The notes under the pieces: generated by a model
What the model was told of the DNA's origin: nothing
What the model saw: only the letters and a program-made list of their open reading frames with translations
The model's database searches: none
DNA from: Octopus sinensis
Taxonomy: Eukaryota
Assembly (NCBI RefSeq): GCF_006345805.1
Contig: NC_043001.1
Coordinates: 55,180,001 to 55,244,000, forward strand
DNA: 64,000 nucleotides
Direction of reading: 5' to 3'
In this document: piece by piece, positions 27,467 to 42,459 of the stretch
Layout of the letters: each line of letters opens with the position of its first letter
Position numbering within the stretch: the stretch's first letter is position 1
Position numbers and translations under genes: made by a program

Positions 27467-27650
27467 CATATATAAAGACATACATATATGTGCAACAGGC
27501 TTCTTTCAGTTTTTCAATTTCTATCAACCAAATTCACTCACAAGGCTTTGGTCAGCCAAGGCTATAGAAGAAGATGCTTGCTCAAGGTACAATGCATTGG
27601 GACTGAACCTGGAACCATGTGGTTGGGAAGCAAATTTCTTACTACAAAAC
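27215..27650 (-). mobile_element. SINE family B
   Basis: Reverse complement of 37461-37858, including the internal (TA)n tract. Confidence 0.75.
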
Positions 27651-30600
27651 CAAATTAGTAAGAAAACTAATATGCTTAAGAGTGAGGGGCTGTATAGAAC
27701 ACTCAGTCAACCACAGTATTTAACTATTAGTTATTTCAATTATACTAAGATGAAAACCAAACTGATTCCTCTCTGCAAGGTATGGACTCAGAACTTGGAA
27801 CCAATGAACTTTAAATATGGTATTGCAAGTAGTTTGGATTCTAAACTATGTCAATAACACTAGCCTTGGTAATAAGATTCCCCCCAAACACAAATGCGCA
27901 TGTGTGGACACATACACACACACACACACATACAAAAGCTAATATGTAATTCTAGACATCGTCTGGATAGCCAATATATATGAAACATTTTCTTATCTAA
28001 CCCCCACAAATCTGTTTATATAACTCATAAAGAATTTGTTCTTAATAGCCTACATTAGAATCAAATGTATATTTTAATTACTTTCTATGGAATTAGCTGA
28101 CTTTGGAAATTTGATGTCAAAAAATGTAATTTTTAGTTTGTTTTTTAATTTATTTTTCTGTCTTTATATCATTGAGTATAGAAAATTAAGCTGTGCCAGT
28201 CTACAAGAAAGATAATAAAATTTGGCTTAAGAAATGAAATTAAGCTCTTTAATGGGAACATTTGTGACCTTCAGAAGATATGCTGAAGATAAGTTTCGAA
28301 ATTGCAAGATTAATTGAAATGGAATGATTATGTGGAATCAAATCAAATTAGAAAATGAATATAAGATAGTGGTGGTGGCAGTACTAAGAATTTAAAGTTA
28401 AAAAACCCCAGATAAAACAAATAAAAGGAAAAGAGAAAAAAATTAATAAGCTAGGAAGAAATTTTTGAATATGCATATGTTGAATTTGCGAGTCATTTAA
28501 AGCAATGAGTCAGATAGATGTATACTGTTTATAGAATACAATATTTAAATGTAATGTGCAAATGAAATATAGTTGAAAATCCAAAGTGTATCAGTTCATC
28601 TGTGATTTAAAGTAAGGTTTATAATAGCAAATTTCTCAAAATATTGATTTAAGGTTATGCCAATATAAAGGCCAATGTATTATATCAGTTTTATGAGGAT
28701 AACGTTTACAATAGTAACATTTCTATGCCTATGGTTAAAAGGTCAAGACTGCATTAAAGGGAAATATATTATATGAGCTCATGTGGGATTTAAGATATCT
28801 TTCTAAGGATTATATATTATTGCTGCTTATCAGAGCATAAAGTTTATAATAGAAAATTTCTACATTAACTGATTTGTGGTGAAGATAGTGTATTGATTCC
28901 TGGCTTGTGAGGCATTTTGTTGTGTTTCTGGATGAGACACTTTATACATTTAGCTCCAACTAGTTTAAATAATAGAAACCAGAGCTTTTTAGAGAATTTG
29001 TCTGTAATAGACTGCAATCTTATCCAGGAGCAAATGCTGTCTCCGATCAGCTAAATGCTATAGAAACTTAAATTAAACACAAGCTCTCCAAATAATTCAA
29101 ATATAGGAAATATTCTTTGATCTCTTGATTATATTGCTTATCTGGGGCTAAAGGTTATCATACTAAAATTTCTATACCTATTGATTTTTTTTATCAAGAT
29201 AAACCCAAAAGCAATGTTTCATATAAGTTTATGATTAAGGCAACTATTAATAAAAATAGAAATTTCTTTTTGTTTATCATTTTGTTTGTGATCAAGGTAA
29301 AGTTATCTATCTTTATATTTGATGATTTGTGATTAAGGAAAAGAAGTAAAAGCATTTCTTATTGATGAATCTTAGAAGAAGCATAAAAACAAAAATGAAT
29401 ATCAATATCTGTATTCGGTTCTAAAATAGTTTCACCTTGTACATCATTAATGTTATCTAAATGAACAAACTTCAAATGGTTGAAAGCAAATTGGTAATAG
29501 GAACACAATTCTATCCAATTATATTTAACATAGATTTCAAAGTAAATAATAAATAAGCACCTCCAGAATTACCCAGTTATTTCCTAGATTCCTCATTACT
29601 TGCCTCATTATGAAATCATTTTCTCTTGATAGCTTAGGGGATAACTTTGACTGATTCTAAGAACTAATTGCCAAGTGTTCTATATTAGATAATGAATTTG
29701 CTTAAAATGTATACTTTTAGATAATATTATGTATAATTATGTTATAGTGGAAAGACAAAACTCAGATTTAAAATATTTTATTTGTCTATATTATATATTT
29801 TTTATATTAATGACAAGTCTGTGTCACAAAAGCTGTCATATATTTTAGTTTATACAATAGGAAAAAAAAATGTCTTGATTACATTAATACAAAACTTCTT
29901 ATAGCTATCGGCAAGTTAAAAAGGAAAAATCTTGTAATTTTAGTGGAGATGATAGGTTACTTGTAGTCTGCAGACACACTATATCTATAAATCAATAGTT
30001 TTAAACATTCAATAATTTGTTTTCTTTTCTTCTTGTAGAACTCAAACCACTTGTGAAGTCTCATATAACTCTAAACACAGAAAATCTGAAAGAAAATTCC
30101 AAAATTCAAAGTTATAGTAAAGACTTTGTGATATCATGAAGCATATAGCAATAGCAGCTCTATCATTTTAATGTGTGACTTAGTCATCCATGGTATCTTT
30201 ATACGATTTCTTTTCACTTGATGTTTTGTGAAAAAAAGAAAAGAAAAAAGGGAAAAAAAGCATAAAACAAAGTAACTAGAACTGAAAACTGAGAACTATT
30301 ATATTTCATAGTCTACCATAATGATCATATGCAATAATTTTTATATATAAGATCTACATGGTTGGCTTTGTGAATATCAAATACTTTTGGACAGGGAATG
30401 AGATAGTGACATCTACCTGAAAGCTTAGTTGCAGCAGTAGATAATGAAGAGTGCATAGTGCAGCTAGGCTGGGAATTATTGAAAGTCTTTGCTGAGTGCA
30501 AAGCAGTGATAGTGGGTGAAAGGTGATGTGATAGGTAAAGAACTATTTCTAGTTGTTTGTGTGCCACGAGAAGTAGATGCTTTACATATACTATCTGCGC

Positions 30601-32572
30601 TAGCAGTGGGGAGGAAGGTGTCAGTGTTGGCTTGTGTGGTAGGTGTGAGTAAGTGAGAAGAATCTGCCTTGTGGAGAGACACAGTTGTGCTTGTTAAATA
30701 GGTATCCAGAAAAGAGACAACTGAGGAGACATTCCTGGTCAGGTCGAGGTCAACAAAGGTCAGCTAGAAATAGAGATAGATAAGGAAGTGAGGTGTTAGT
30801 GGAAGCCAATGGTAGATAGCAAAGAATTTCTGGGTTGGCATAGAAACCATTGATAATTATTGAAAAGTAAAGCAGTTTCTTTAAAATGATGAAAATCTGT
30901 TTTATAACAGAAAAAAAAACAAAAAAAAATCCTTTATATTAAAATAGCCTAACATTTGATTATATGGCTCTCATGTAGAATCACCCAGATTTCCAGTTGG
31001 AAATTAATTCTGCAAGTGAACTGGGTTCTATCTCTATCATGAATATGAAATACAGATACATTTCTCATTGTTCCACAGCTAGTTATATTAAAGTATGACA
31101 TTGTGACATTTCACAAAATTAAGTACCAATTTTGAAGAACTGGTAAAAATTGGGCTATTCTACAAGATGAGCAAATATTTTCAATACCGTAATTATAATC
31201 AATAAACACTAGTAAAACGTCATACACTAGAAGTCACAGTGCCTCTTACTGCCCTTTCATGTATAGCCAACTTCTACAGTTTGTTGATAAGAATCTGAAC
31301 AAAACTTTTTCCAGCTATGCTACATAGAGAGATTCTGCCCTAGTAGGGCATGAGATGATATTTGCATCACCCATGTCCTGAAACATGATATTATCTTTCA
31401 AACAGTAAAATAGCAATTCCAAAATGTTGGGTGAAGTGTTAATAAATAAATTTTCAAGCCTCATAACTATGGTATAACTGTTACCTATATTGTTACTAAC
31501 AGAATGTTTTCAAACATATTTTAATATACATTAATTCCTATTTTCTGCAAAAGACAACTCATATAACTTAAACAGTAAATTCAAAGAATGGAATTATATA
31601 GAAAAAAATAAATTAAAAAGAGAGATATCTGACTGCCATACCATAATAAAAATAACTTTAATTAATTATAGAACATGAAACATTTAGGTTTTGTATTAAC
31701 TTATTTCACCTGCCAAAAAATTTTCAGTTTTTTAAAAATTGATTATAGTAGCTAATTTTTTATGCTATATTGATTTTGTTCTATTTTAATTTTTTTTGTA
31801 AATTATTTTGACATGGAAAAGTTGCACCTAAAGCACTTTTAGAACATTATAGACTGGGAAAAACAGGCAGCTTTGTGAGATTTAGAAATCCTACGTTATT
31901 ATATTCACAATATGAGATAGAGAGAGAGAGAGAGTTTTGAAGAAAGATAGGAATATGTAGTTTATTATCAGGTCTTGTGGGAAAGAATACAGTAGAGTTG
32001 ATGTAAAATGGTTGAGTGGTACATGGTCAGTAAGTTCAGAGGAGCAGAAACCAATGTTATATTTGTTATAAAAATAGAAGAGGCAGAGGAGGTGCAGAGG
32101 AAATTGTCTGGTAAATGGTTGTAGTGTTGGTGAAGAATGTTGCCAGACTATTAGACAGATGGACATTTTCTTATAATATAAACTTGTTCTATGTAATTTA
32201 ACTTGAAAAATTAGATTTTCTTGTAAATCTATCAACTTAAGTCTTTATACTACTTAAGATAAACCAATACTTTTATAACTGCTGAAGGTGAGGTAGGAAT
32301 GACCAACTTACATATGGTTTGTGTAGTGTGAGACATTTAATTTGAAACAGTGTATTATAAAATTGTAGAAACTTTAACAGAAAGTGAATAAGAAATGGAA
32401 AAAAGCAAGTTAAATGTCTCCAAAGAATGTCATGAACAAGTTAATTGTTAACAAGAAAAAGAAAAATATATAATGCTTTACATAAATTAACCTGATGAGT
32501 AATTCTAAATGTAAAAATGGTTGTAAAACGTGACAAAGTGTATGTAGTATGTTTGTATATGTGTGTATACAC

Positions 32573-32603
<31 letters not shown>

Positions 32604-33374
32604 TATATGTATATATATGCATATATAATTTGTTGTATGAGTTTATGTGTATTACTGAACTCTTCAAAGTAAATTTCAAAGTTTCCATTGCAAAAATACA
32701 AATTAAAAGCAAATTTCTACAACTTGATTCAACCAGAAAAAAAAGAAGAAGAGCAAAACAACACAATAACATAAGAAATTAACTGTTTTTCCTTGTTAGC
32801 CTTGTGATATGTACTCAAATACAACGAAGGAATATATTTCAAATAAGGAAATCAATTCTTGATTCTTTCTGGCTGTCAACAATTGTTTTTTTAATTAAAT
32901 AGTTTCTGATATAAGGTTCTGAAAATGTAAAGGATGTATTTTGTAAACAAATATACAAACACAACTGTGTGAAACTATTCAGCACTATCCACCTTGAAGT
33001 TTAGTCTTTCATCCAGTATTCTCAACCTAACTTAACCCCATTTTTATGAACAAGCTCATTGAAATCGAAATTAAATCAGAATCTGTGGAATAACTTTTTT
33101 CAAGATCTGACTGTCCATAGGAATGGAACACTCTTACACCTGCAGCTATTTTTAAATCACTTATGTTACATGAACAAACAACTCTTTCTCTAAAGCAATA
33201 TCCACTTTGAGCATACCTAATTTAACAAGATAGCACAAATTTCTATTCATTCATAAGTTCAATGTTTTTGTAACTGTGAAGTGTGTGGATGCAAATTATA
33301 TATATAAGTGTAAACACAATTGTACACCAATGTGTGTATATTGCGCAATGGAAGAATTTAGATAGAACTGTTAA

Positions 33375-33686
33375 CTCTAATTCTAGTGAAGTTGAACATT
33401 TTATCTGGCCACCACTGTCCTCAGATCTCAATATTATTGAACATTTATGGTGCATTTTTAGAAAAACAAGTAAGGAGTTGATATCTTCCGCCATCATCAC
33501 TACAAGAACTGGAGACTATTTAAGCTGAAGAATGGAGAAAAATTCCTTTGGAAACAATTCAAACTTTGTACGAGTCCGTACCTCATAGAATTCAAGCTGT
33601 AATTACTGCCAAAGGCAGTCCTACCCCATATTAAAAGAAATTTGTTCGAAATTTTAAGGTGTTTCCATTATTTCATCCAACCCCTG
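33375..33686 (+). mobile_element. Tc1-like transposon 3' fragment (decayed DDE transposase C-terminus plus right TIR)
   Basis: Reads WPPLSSDLNIIEHLW (the Tc1 WPxxSPDLNPIEHLW motif) and then ...EEWRKIPLETIQTLYESVPHRIQAVITAKGSPTPY*, with frameshift and stops. Ends ...atccaacccctg|TA. Confidence 0.85.
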
Positions 33687-34027
33687 TACATGTATTTAAA
33701 TAAGGATTTTGTGTAGTATTTTTATTTTACCTTCATGATTTACTTAAGCTTGCTAAGAATTATGCTTCCTGTTATAAACAGTTTTTCAGATCTGTGCAGC
33801 ATTCAAGTCAATCAGTACATCTTAAAATGCCAGCATCAATAGAAGAAGTGAACTATAATATTTAGCAACAGCAGTACTGACAGGAAAGATGGTAAGCGAT
33901 AGTGTGTAAGGAGTATGAAGCTATTTTGTAATGTGACATGTACATCAAATGAGGCCAGCTGGAGAGATTCATGAGCAGCTTGATATTTTGAATGTGTAAC
34001 ATTAACTTGCAAGATTAGTGGAGCATG

Positions 34028-34078
<51 letters not shown>

Positions 34079-34745
34079 CCAAGCATCAAAGACACTTGTT
34101 TGTAGGAGGGATGACTGTGCTGGTATAGATATGTGATGCCAAAGAGATGAGTGTTGGGCAAAAGAGAAATGAATTATTGGCAGATGAAGATAAAAAACAA
34201 CAAAAACTGGCAGAAAAAGGCAATGTAAAATCTTAAGATAATGAACCTGTGACATAATTACACAATAATGAGTGTCGAGATGTTATATTTCACACCTGTT
34301 CAACCCCCAAGTTAGCATGGAAAAATGGACATTAAAATATTGACGATCATGATAAAGTCTTTTGCTGCTTTATTATTAAGTATTTCCCCGCTAAAACTGA
34401 CTTGAATACTCTGGTTGGTAAAACATCCATCAAAATTCCTGTGCCTCATACATAGTCATGTCTTGTTTGATTTGTATGAAGTGTGCTGAGCCAAGCTAGA
34501 CTATAATCACCACAGTCTATAATTATAGGTAAGAATACTTATCTCAGTCAGTTTGAAAGAAAATGCATAAACATTTATCACTTTACATCAAAGCTAATTC
34601 TTGGTTCTATTTACTGGCAGTGTTGTGCCTTTGAGACTGGTTCTTTGAATATTCTTTGTGTCATATTCCTACCAATAAAATCTGTTACTTTCCCTTCAGG
34701 TCTTTTCTGTAGAATAAAAATACACAAGGGTTTTTTTTTTTTTTC

Positions 34746-35142
34746 TGGCAGTAAGTTGGTAAAATCATAAAAGTTTCAGGAAAAAGATGCTTTGCATTAT
34801 TTGTTCAAATCCTGCCAAGGCCAACTTTGCCTTTTATCTTAGGGGGAGTGGGAGATGATTAAATAAATTACCAATCAACCACTAGGGTCAATTAACTAAC
34901 CTCCTTCCCCTAAAAATTGCTTACCAAGTGCCAAAATTTGAAAGAATTATTGTTACCACTACTATTATTACAAAGGTGGAAAGCTGGCAGAATTGTTAGA
35001 ACATCAGTAAAAAATGCAGTGCAGTATTTCTTTTGGTTCATACATTCTGAGGTTGACTTTGCCTTTTAACCTTGGGTGGGGGTCAATAATGTGGGTACCA
35101 GTAAAGCACTGAAATTGCTGGCCTTGTGCTAAAGTTCGAAAC
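34746..35142 (+). mobile_element. Tandem doublet of SINE family A (34746-34945, 34972-35142)
   Basis: Two head-to-tail copies separated by an (ATT)/(ACT)-rich linker. Confidence 0.7.
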
Positions 35143-36930
35143 TATTTATATAATTATTCCACCAAAATATATTTACAAAAACCCACTAGTGTAATAAGGA
35201 GATAAGTGAAGCAAAATATTTGGTTCAAATGTTTCTAATATGGCATGTTTGGATTCATTCACTTTTGTAGAGAAGAATGTGAATAAATTTTATTTTATAA
35301 ATTATTCTATTCTGTATGCTACAAAATAACAAGATTAAGCATAAATTTCTCTCTTCCTCCAACTTATCATGAAGACCTTGAAAAGGGCAATAGGTACTCC
35401 CCTTCAGCTCTAACTAAACCATTTACATAAGCGTGTGTTTCTTGATTTTTTATCTATATAACAAATTGTGGATGTTGATTTTCTCTTAATTTCTTTTGCT
35501 TTTGGTAACAGGAAACTCAACCACTGAAAATTAGCTAAGTTGTAAAGCAGTGTTATTTAAGTACTAAAGAGCACTGCCAAAATTTGTTAAATAAAATTCA
35601 TTAGGTTGACCAAAACAATTGAATTCAGACAAGAGTAGTTTGTCTTTCTTGACCTCATATTAAAAAAAAAAACATAACAAAAATCTAATTATATTTAGTT
35701 ATGGCGCACTATGTACTGAGTTCAAATTTTATGAAGGTCAGCTACACCTTTCCTCCTTCCAGCATTGATAAAATATCAATCAAGTAGTTGAGGGATTTAT
35801 GCTCCCATAATACACCAGATATGTGAATGAAGACAAGATGAACTAGAGTCATGTTTACTGTATTTAGTCTTACTGTATAAAGTTAGGCTCCATGAGAACC
35901 TTGTCACCTTATGATGAGGATCAAACCAACCAGTTTTGTTAGTTCCTCAACAACTAATCAGGAATGAGTTGCTAATCAATTCTCATTCCAAGCTTTGACA
36001 GGACCCAATTTCACAGCATGACAAAATACTTGTACTAAACATGGAGCCTAATTCATATGTAGCTTTATTTATTCATAACCTACCCAGTATCAACACACAA
36101 GTAATTATTGTCTTGCCCTTGTCCATGTACCATTATGGAAATGAGTTTGTACTTAGGTAGATACTTGCTTACATTTTAATAAGTGGTCTTCTGCTTCTAC
36201 CATTTTGCAGTTTGGGAGAGAGAGGTATGTGGACTATAATGAGTTAAGTGGCAATGGAACACATTGGTTCAATCCAGACCCCAATATGCCAAGCAACCCT
36301 TGTGTGGCATCTAATTTCAGAAAGAAACTAAATACATAAAGTTATCATTTCATATATTTATTTATTCATTCATAGCCCATACTGCATTGGTTCTCTAGTA
36401 ATCACAATATCAACATATATAATGCTTTAAAGCTAAAATATTTAATGGCATTATAAATCTAACAACAAATAATTGAAAAAAAATCAGAAGAAAGTAAAAC
36501 ATAAGTCAATGTTCTATATTATTTCAATTATTTCAACAAGAACAGAAGACATGTTTCAGTCATATTATAAGCTCATCAGTAAGCCATATAATTCATTGTA
36601 CTTAATGAAGTGGTGATAAGAGAATTAGTAATTAATTGATGTACACTCTTTGGCATATGGAGGTATAATTGTTGAGAAAATAACTTAGACACCCATTCAA
36701 TTATATGTATTCCTATCTCATATTCAACATCTATCAGAAGATATTTAAAAAACAAATCAACAAAATTTACTCTACGTCTTATTTTTGCTTTAGTTAAGAA
36801 CTGTTCCTTAAATAAACTGTTGTTACAATTCTTATTTAACACCTGGTCGACTCTGACAAAGAAAAGTTATGTTCAAAAGTCTTCCATCCACAAACATCTC
36901 GTGTTTCACATCCATTAAATATCTAGAATT

Positions 36931-37125
36931 AAGGCAAAGAGCTGGCAGAATCATTAGCATGCTAGACAAAATGCTTAATGACATTTTTCTGACTTTATAT
37001 TCTGAGATCAAATTCTGATAAGATTGACTTTGCCTTTCATCCCTTTGGGGCTTGATAAAATAAGTACCAGTCAAGTACTGGGGTTGATAAAAATAATCAA
37101 GTAACCTCCTTTCCCCCAAATTTCT
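36931..37125 (+). mobile_element. SINE family A
   Basis: aaggcaaagagctggcagaatcattagc...actttgcctttcatcc...cccccaaattt. Confidence 0.8.
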
Positions 37126-37460
37126 ATCATTATATAGCTAGACTTTATATTATCCAATGTGTCCCTTGCATATTTAAGATGGTTGAGTGTTATATGAGAG
37201 AAATGGGGTAGCAATTTCAAGCAGGTCAAGTGAACATGTATATGCTTCCTAACTGCCTTGAACTGCTATTATTTAGATATGCTCATAATTGAACAAAAAA
37301 CTTTTGTATCAGGCATTTGTGAACAATAGCACCATTGGTTATAAGTTTCTAGAAATGCCAATCATCGTTCCACTGCATTTCTGACAAGGGAGTCTATGCA
37401 CAACATGAGAGTGTGTGTGTGTGTGTGTGTAGGTGGGGGTAAAGAAATAAAATACTCATA

Positions 37461-37858
37461 GGTGCAGGAGTGGCTGTGTGGTAAGTAGCTTGCTTACCAA
37501 CCACATGGTTCCAGGTTCATTCCCACTATGTGGCACCTTGGGCAAGTGTCTTCTACTACAGCCTTGGGCCAACCAAAGCTTTGTGAGTGGATTTGGTAGA
37601 CAGAAACTGAAAGAAGCCCATCGTATATATGTATATATATATGTATGTGTGTGTTTATGTGTTTGTGTTTGTCCCCACCAACATTACTTGACAACCGATG
37701 GTGGTGTGTTTATGTCCCCATAACTTAGCGGTTCGGCAAGAGAGACCGATAGAATAAGTACTGGACTTACAAAGAATAAGTCCTGGGGTCGATTTGCTTG
37801 ACTAAAGCCGGTGCTCCAGCATGGCCACAGTCAAATGACTTAAACAAGTAAAAGAGTA
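37461..37858 (+). mobile_element. SINE family B, well-preserved full-length copy
   Basis: ggtgcaggagtggctgtgtggtaagtagcttgcttaccaaccacatggttccaggttcattccc...ggcaccttgggcaagtg...aaacaagtaaaagagta. Retains several CpGs. Confidence 0.85.
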
Positions 37859-38700
37859 TAGGCAATTTTTTAATTGAAGCAATAATTTTTGGTCATTTTT
37901 CACACACACATTGCATTTACAGAATATATATATCCATTCACACTCAAACATGTGTGTGTGTGAGAGAGAGAGAGAGAGAGTGTGTAAAGAGGTCTAACAC
38001 AATTTCTATCTACCAAATTTCACAAGACATTGGTCATTTGCCCATTGTGCCGCACAAACAAATGAAATTCAACTCAGAACTGGGAGGCCGTAAAGCATAA
38101 ACTTAATCATACAGCTGTTAAGAGATGCTAGAATTACTATTATTTGTCAAACTAAATGAGAGTGTGTGAAATGTAAAATACAAACAACTAATTACTTACA
38201 ATAATTAGTTTAATTATTGGAAATAACAAAGAGAAAATTGCTTCCTCTCCTCCAAATAAATTGAAAAAAAAAACAAAACAAAAAAAAATAAAACAAAGAA
38301 AAACAGAAATGAAACAAACTGATAGTAAAGGAACTAAACAAAGAACATGCCCAACCAATAAATCAAGCCTACAACTATTTGTACTACAAACTAAAACAAA
38401 CCAATCTACAATTGTATCATAGGAAAATGGATTTATAGCTGATGAAACAGAATAGTGCAAATTTTAAAATAGATTTGAATGTTTCAGCAAGCTATAATGA
38501 CTACAATTGTTATTAGCAGAAGTATTACTATTATTGTTTTGATTATTTTACAGTAGTAGGCATGTAGTTGTAAGGTGCTAGCATGCCTTTGTGGCTCCTG
38601 GGCATCTACTGCTATTGCCCTGGGCTAGCAAAAGATTTGTGAGTAGATTTGACAGACTGAAACTGAAAGAAACCTGTTTTGTTCCTTTGTGTGTGTGTGT

Positions 38701-38768
<68 letters not shown>

Positions 38769-39129
38769 CACACTCACACACACCATGCACACACATCTAT
38801 GGACGTATTTGTTTCTCCTTCTCTTGTAATAGCATGGTACTTGTTAACATAACACAAGTAGCGTCCTTCATTACTTATCTTCTATGAAAACATGTTTGGT
38901 TATGGAGAAGTAGCATCTTCTTTGAGGGTTGGTGACAGGAATGGCATCTAACAAATAGTTGTATTTGTGTTGTAGCTGCTGTTATACCTTCAGACATGTT
39001 TTGTTCCTTCTGTCACAATGCGAATACTCTATATTATATATGCACAGTGCTTAGTATTGCTATTTTCTGCATATTGCTCTTTTATTCTTTAATACACATC
39101 ATCCCATAGGCCTCAACCATTCTGGGGCA

Positions 39130-39480
39130 CCATCAGTGTAATCACTTTTTCACTGACCGTTCTTATGTGATTGGCATTTGGTAAAGAAGGGAGTTTGATA
39201 CTGCTGCTCTCTTTTGAGTTTCTATCTACGGTATAGTTTCATCTGGGATCGTGGACAGCAGGAAATCAAGTTGTTTCTTGAAAACATTTATTTCTACTTC
39301 ATAAAGATCCCTCAGATATTTTGTGCAACTCCTGGGTTTTGCACCTTTTATTATAGAGATTGTTTCTGATTTCAGTTCCAGATTTGGGTAATGTCTGTTT
39401 TCTGATCTTTATCTTTGGATAATTTTATCTTTTCTACATGAGATTCATTATAATCTGTTGAGTTAGGGTTACATATTTCA
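39130..39480 (-). mobile_element. Decayed CR1/L2-group LINE 3' region
   Basis: A minus frame at about 39238-39325 reads KYLRDLYEVEINVFKKQLDFLLSTIPDE, resembling the LR.L....FK..LD..L..VPD(E/Q)P C-terminus of CR1-group RTs. The relic probably extends to about 39950. Confidence 0.5.
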
Positions 39481-40000
39481 AATAAGAGACATTTCATATC
39501 CTGGAAGTTCTTAACAGTATCTAGTCAATTAAATTTGGTATTCCTGTCTGAATTAGCCTATCCCAGAGTGTGATGATTTGGTCATTCTGATACCTTTTCT
39601 AGTATATCTTTATATCATTTATTTTCTGTTGGTATTTCATAATGCTGGTACAATGTCCCAGTGTATGATAGTTCCAGCTTGTATCATACATGTAAACATA
39701 TTCTCTCATGTTTAAAACTGGGCAGCCAGCAATAACATAGTTGTTTCTTTCAAAACTCATCATATTCTGCAATGTCTTAAATGTATTCTACTTTATTACA
39801 TGCTTCTGGTAGTTTCTAGCAGGAAGGCTTTGATCCTGTACAACAAATACAAATCCTCCAGTCTCAACTTTGAGTCCTGATTTTCTGTTTTGTTTGTCTA
39901 TCATTATTATCATGCTCGAGATAAAAACAAGATGAGATACAAAATAGCTATTTTCCCCTCAGGTTTAATAATACCTTTGGGAATTTGTTAGATTAGACAC

Positions 40001-40003
<3 letters not shown>

Positions 40004-40079
<76 letters not shown>

Positions 40080-40113
40080 AATAATAATATAATAATAATA
40101 ATAATAATAATAA
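40004..40113. repeat. (AAT)n microsatellite
   Basis: Directly visible. Confidence 0.95.
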
Positions 40114-40575
40114 TTGTTATGTCTTTAGTGTTCAAACTGAGAATATTACAACTTAGTGCTGGGACAGCTACAGTATTAATACCTTTTTTTTTTTGTAATT
40201 TTTGTATTTAGCACAATTTAAGTATTTATGATGTTCTTTTCCAAACCTTTCTTTCAGTCATGTATACTATCATTCATCAAGTTCATTGATTCCAAAGTAT
40301 TTGCTTCTTTACCCAGCATAATATATCTGGTTTAATTTATTTCTCTTCAAGGTTGCCTCAATGAATTTTTCTAATATGAATCCTTGTATTAAATCTGTGT
40401 TTCTAAGTATTTCTCATCTGTATCATGTAACATGGTCATCTACATACAAACTGTAGTTGATTATCCTCTTATAGCATCTGTATTCAAGTCTCATATGGTT
40501 CAACACATCAGTTAAATGTGTTCAGTGTGTGTTATTTACAGATGGCAATATATTATTATTATTTATATTATTATA

Positions 40576-41010
40576 AGGCAGTGAGCTGGCAGAACCATTA
40601 ACATGCTGGGCAAAATGTCAGTGGAATTTCATTTGTCTTTATGTTCTGAGTTCAAATTCCACTGAGGTTGACTTTGCTTTTCATCTTATGGGGGACAATG
40701 AAATAAGTACCATTTAAGCAATGGAGTCAATGTTAGTCAACTTCTCCTTACTCTCAGAATTGCCAAAATTTTAAATCATTTGCTGGCTTTGTGCCAAAAT
40801 TTGAAACCATTATTATTTAGCTGGCAGAATCATTTGAATGATGAGTGAAATGCTTAGCAGCCTTTCATATGTCTTCATTTTCTGAGTTCAAATTCAGCTG
40901 AGGTTGACTTTGCCTTTCATCCTTTTGTGGTCTACAAAATAATACCAGTTGAGTACAGAGGTCGATGTAATTGACTACTGCCTCCCCCAAATTTCAGGCT
41001 TTGTGTCTAT
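40576..41010 (+). mobile_element. Tandem doublet of SINE family A (40576-40810, 40818-41010) followed by (ATT)n
   Basis: Two head-to-tail copies joined by accattattattt. The second copy ends ...gtctatagtagaaaggattattatt. Confidence 0.8.
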
Positions 41011-41020
41011 AGTAGAAAGG

Positions 41021-41061
<41 letters not shown>

Positions 41062-41622
41062 CATCATCATCTAAATAAATTTAACAAAATAAATAAATGC
41101 AACAAAAATGAGGAAAAGGTAATACCACTACCACCACCGCCACCACTACAACAACAACTACTACTACTACTATAACTACTGATATCAATATTAATATTCT
41201 TATAATTACTACTGTTAATTTTGTCAATATTGTTGCTTTTGTTGTTGATTACTTTTATAAAGAAATCATTATTGATAATTACAATTTCTCCTATTATTAT
41301 AATTATTGTTTTAAGCAACAGAATGCATTCTTTCATGTGATCATCATCAGCATCATTATCATCATAATGCTTGAAATAAAACAAGCTGAGACATAAAATA
41401 GTTACCTTCCTCTCAGGTTTAACAATAGCTTTATAGGTTACTTCTGTGGAAGATATCTGTGTTATATTTCAAAAGAAATTTTAAAAACAAAAAATTGGCC
41501 ACAGTATTTAAAGATATCGCATAGAAACAAAGAAAGATATAGATATAACTTTCTTTCAAATCTGTTAGTAATCTTGTTAAAGTATTGCACCAGTTATTGG
41601 AGTATCTGAGTTGGTAAGACAT

Positions 41623-41666
<44 letters not shown>

Positions 41667-42424
41667 TAAAGTCACTCTCTCCCTCACACGGGCATACATG
41701 CATAAATAATAGTTTCATCCTACTGTACATTTGTAATCAAAACTGAGAGTTTGGTATTAAATAAAAAGCTATCTGTATGTTATCCTGAGAACTATAGATC
41801 AGAAATATTACATTTAGTCAATCTTATGTTCTCTACAAAGTTATTACAAGACATAAATATAATGCTACTTAAAAGTAATGGTTAAGTAAAATTTGTTTGA
41901 ATTTCTGGGATGAATAATTACTATCTAAGATAAAGAAATATTATACACTAATATATACCAACTAGAGTTCTCAAACCAGTTGTTGTTGCACAGATAATGT
42001 TTTGGCTTTTGTACTCAGCAGCCTTCATCAGCTACCTGCTACATTTCGTAAAGTTCTCAGAATTTCAAACCCTTTATTCAATTCACTAGAATAGATTGTC
42101 AGATATTTTTCTGAGTCAGTGAAGTGATGTATATATATATATATATATGCACACACAAACACTAGGTATATTCAAGAAACATCAAAAACATGAGAATAGC
42201 TAATATCTGGCATAGACAGAATCTACTTCCATAGACTGAATAAAATGTTTGGTTCGAAATATATATAAAAAAAAAATTATTGAATATGACAGACATCTAA
42301 CATTTCAGCTGTTATATTCTCTGGTGTTATTCAGGTGATCCTGTGGTAATAGGTGATATTCTTAAAATTTTGAAGCTAACAATTTTTGTAGCTATACAAT
42401 ATGTTACTATATGCGTGTGTGTGC

Positions 42425-42459
<35 letters not shown>

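Noticed and set aside
30039-30139. Plus-strand acceptor followed by a short open frame (ELKPLVKSHITL...DFVIS*)
   Set aside because: No partner exons or recognisable product.
36548-36579. Minus-strand CTGATGA...GAAACATGTC hammerhead-like string with palindromic ACATGT
   Set aside because: Stem I has no pairing and stem II is poorly paired; chance or too decayed to call.
37461-37540. tRNA-like heads (also 8679, 12880 and others) as tRNA genes
   Set aside because: They are SINE 5' ends with no complete cloverleaf, each continuing into a SINE body.
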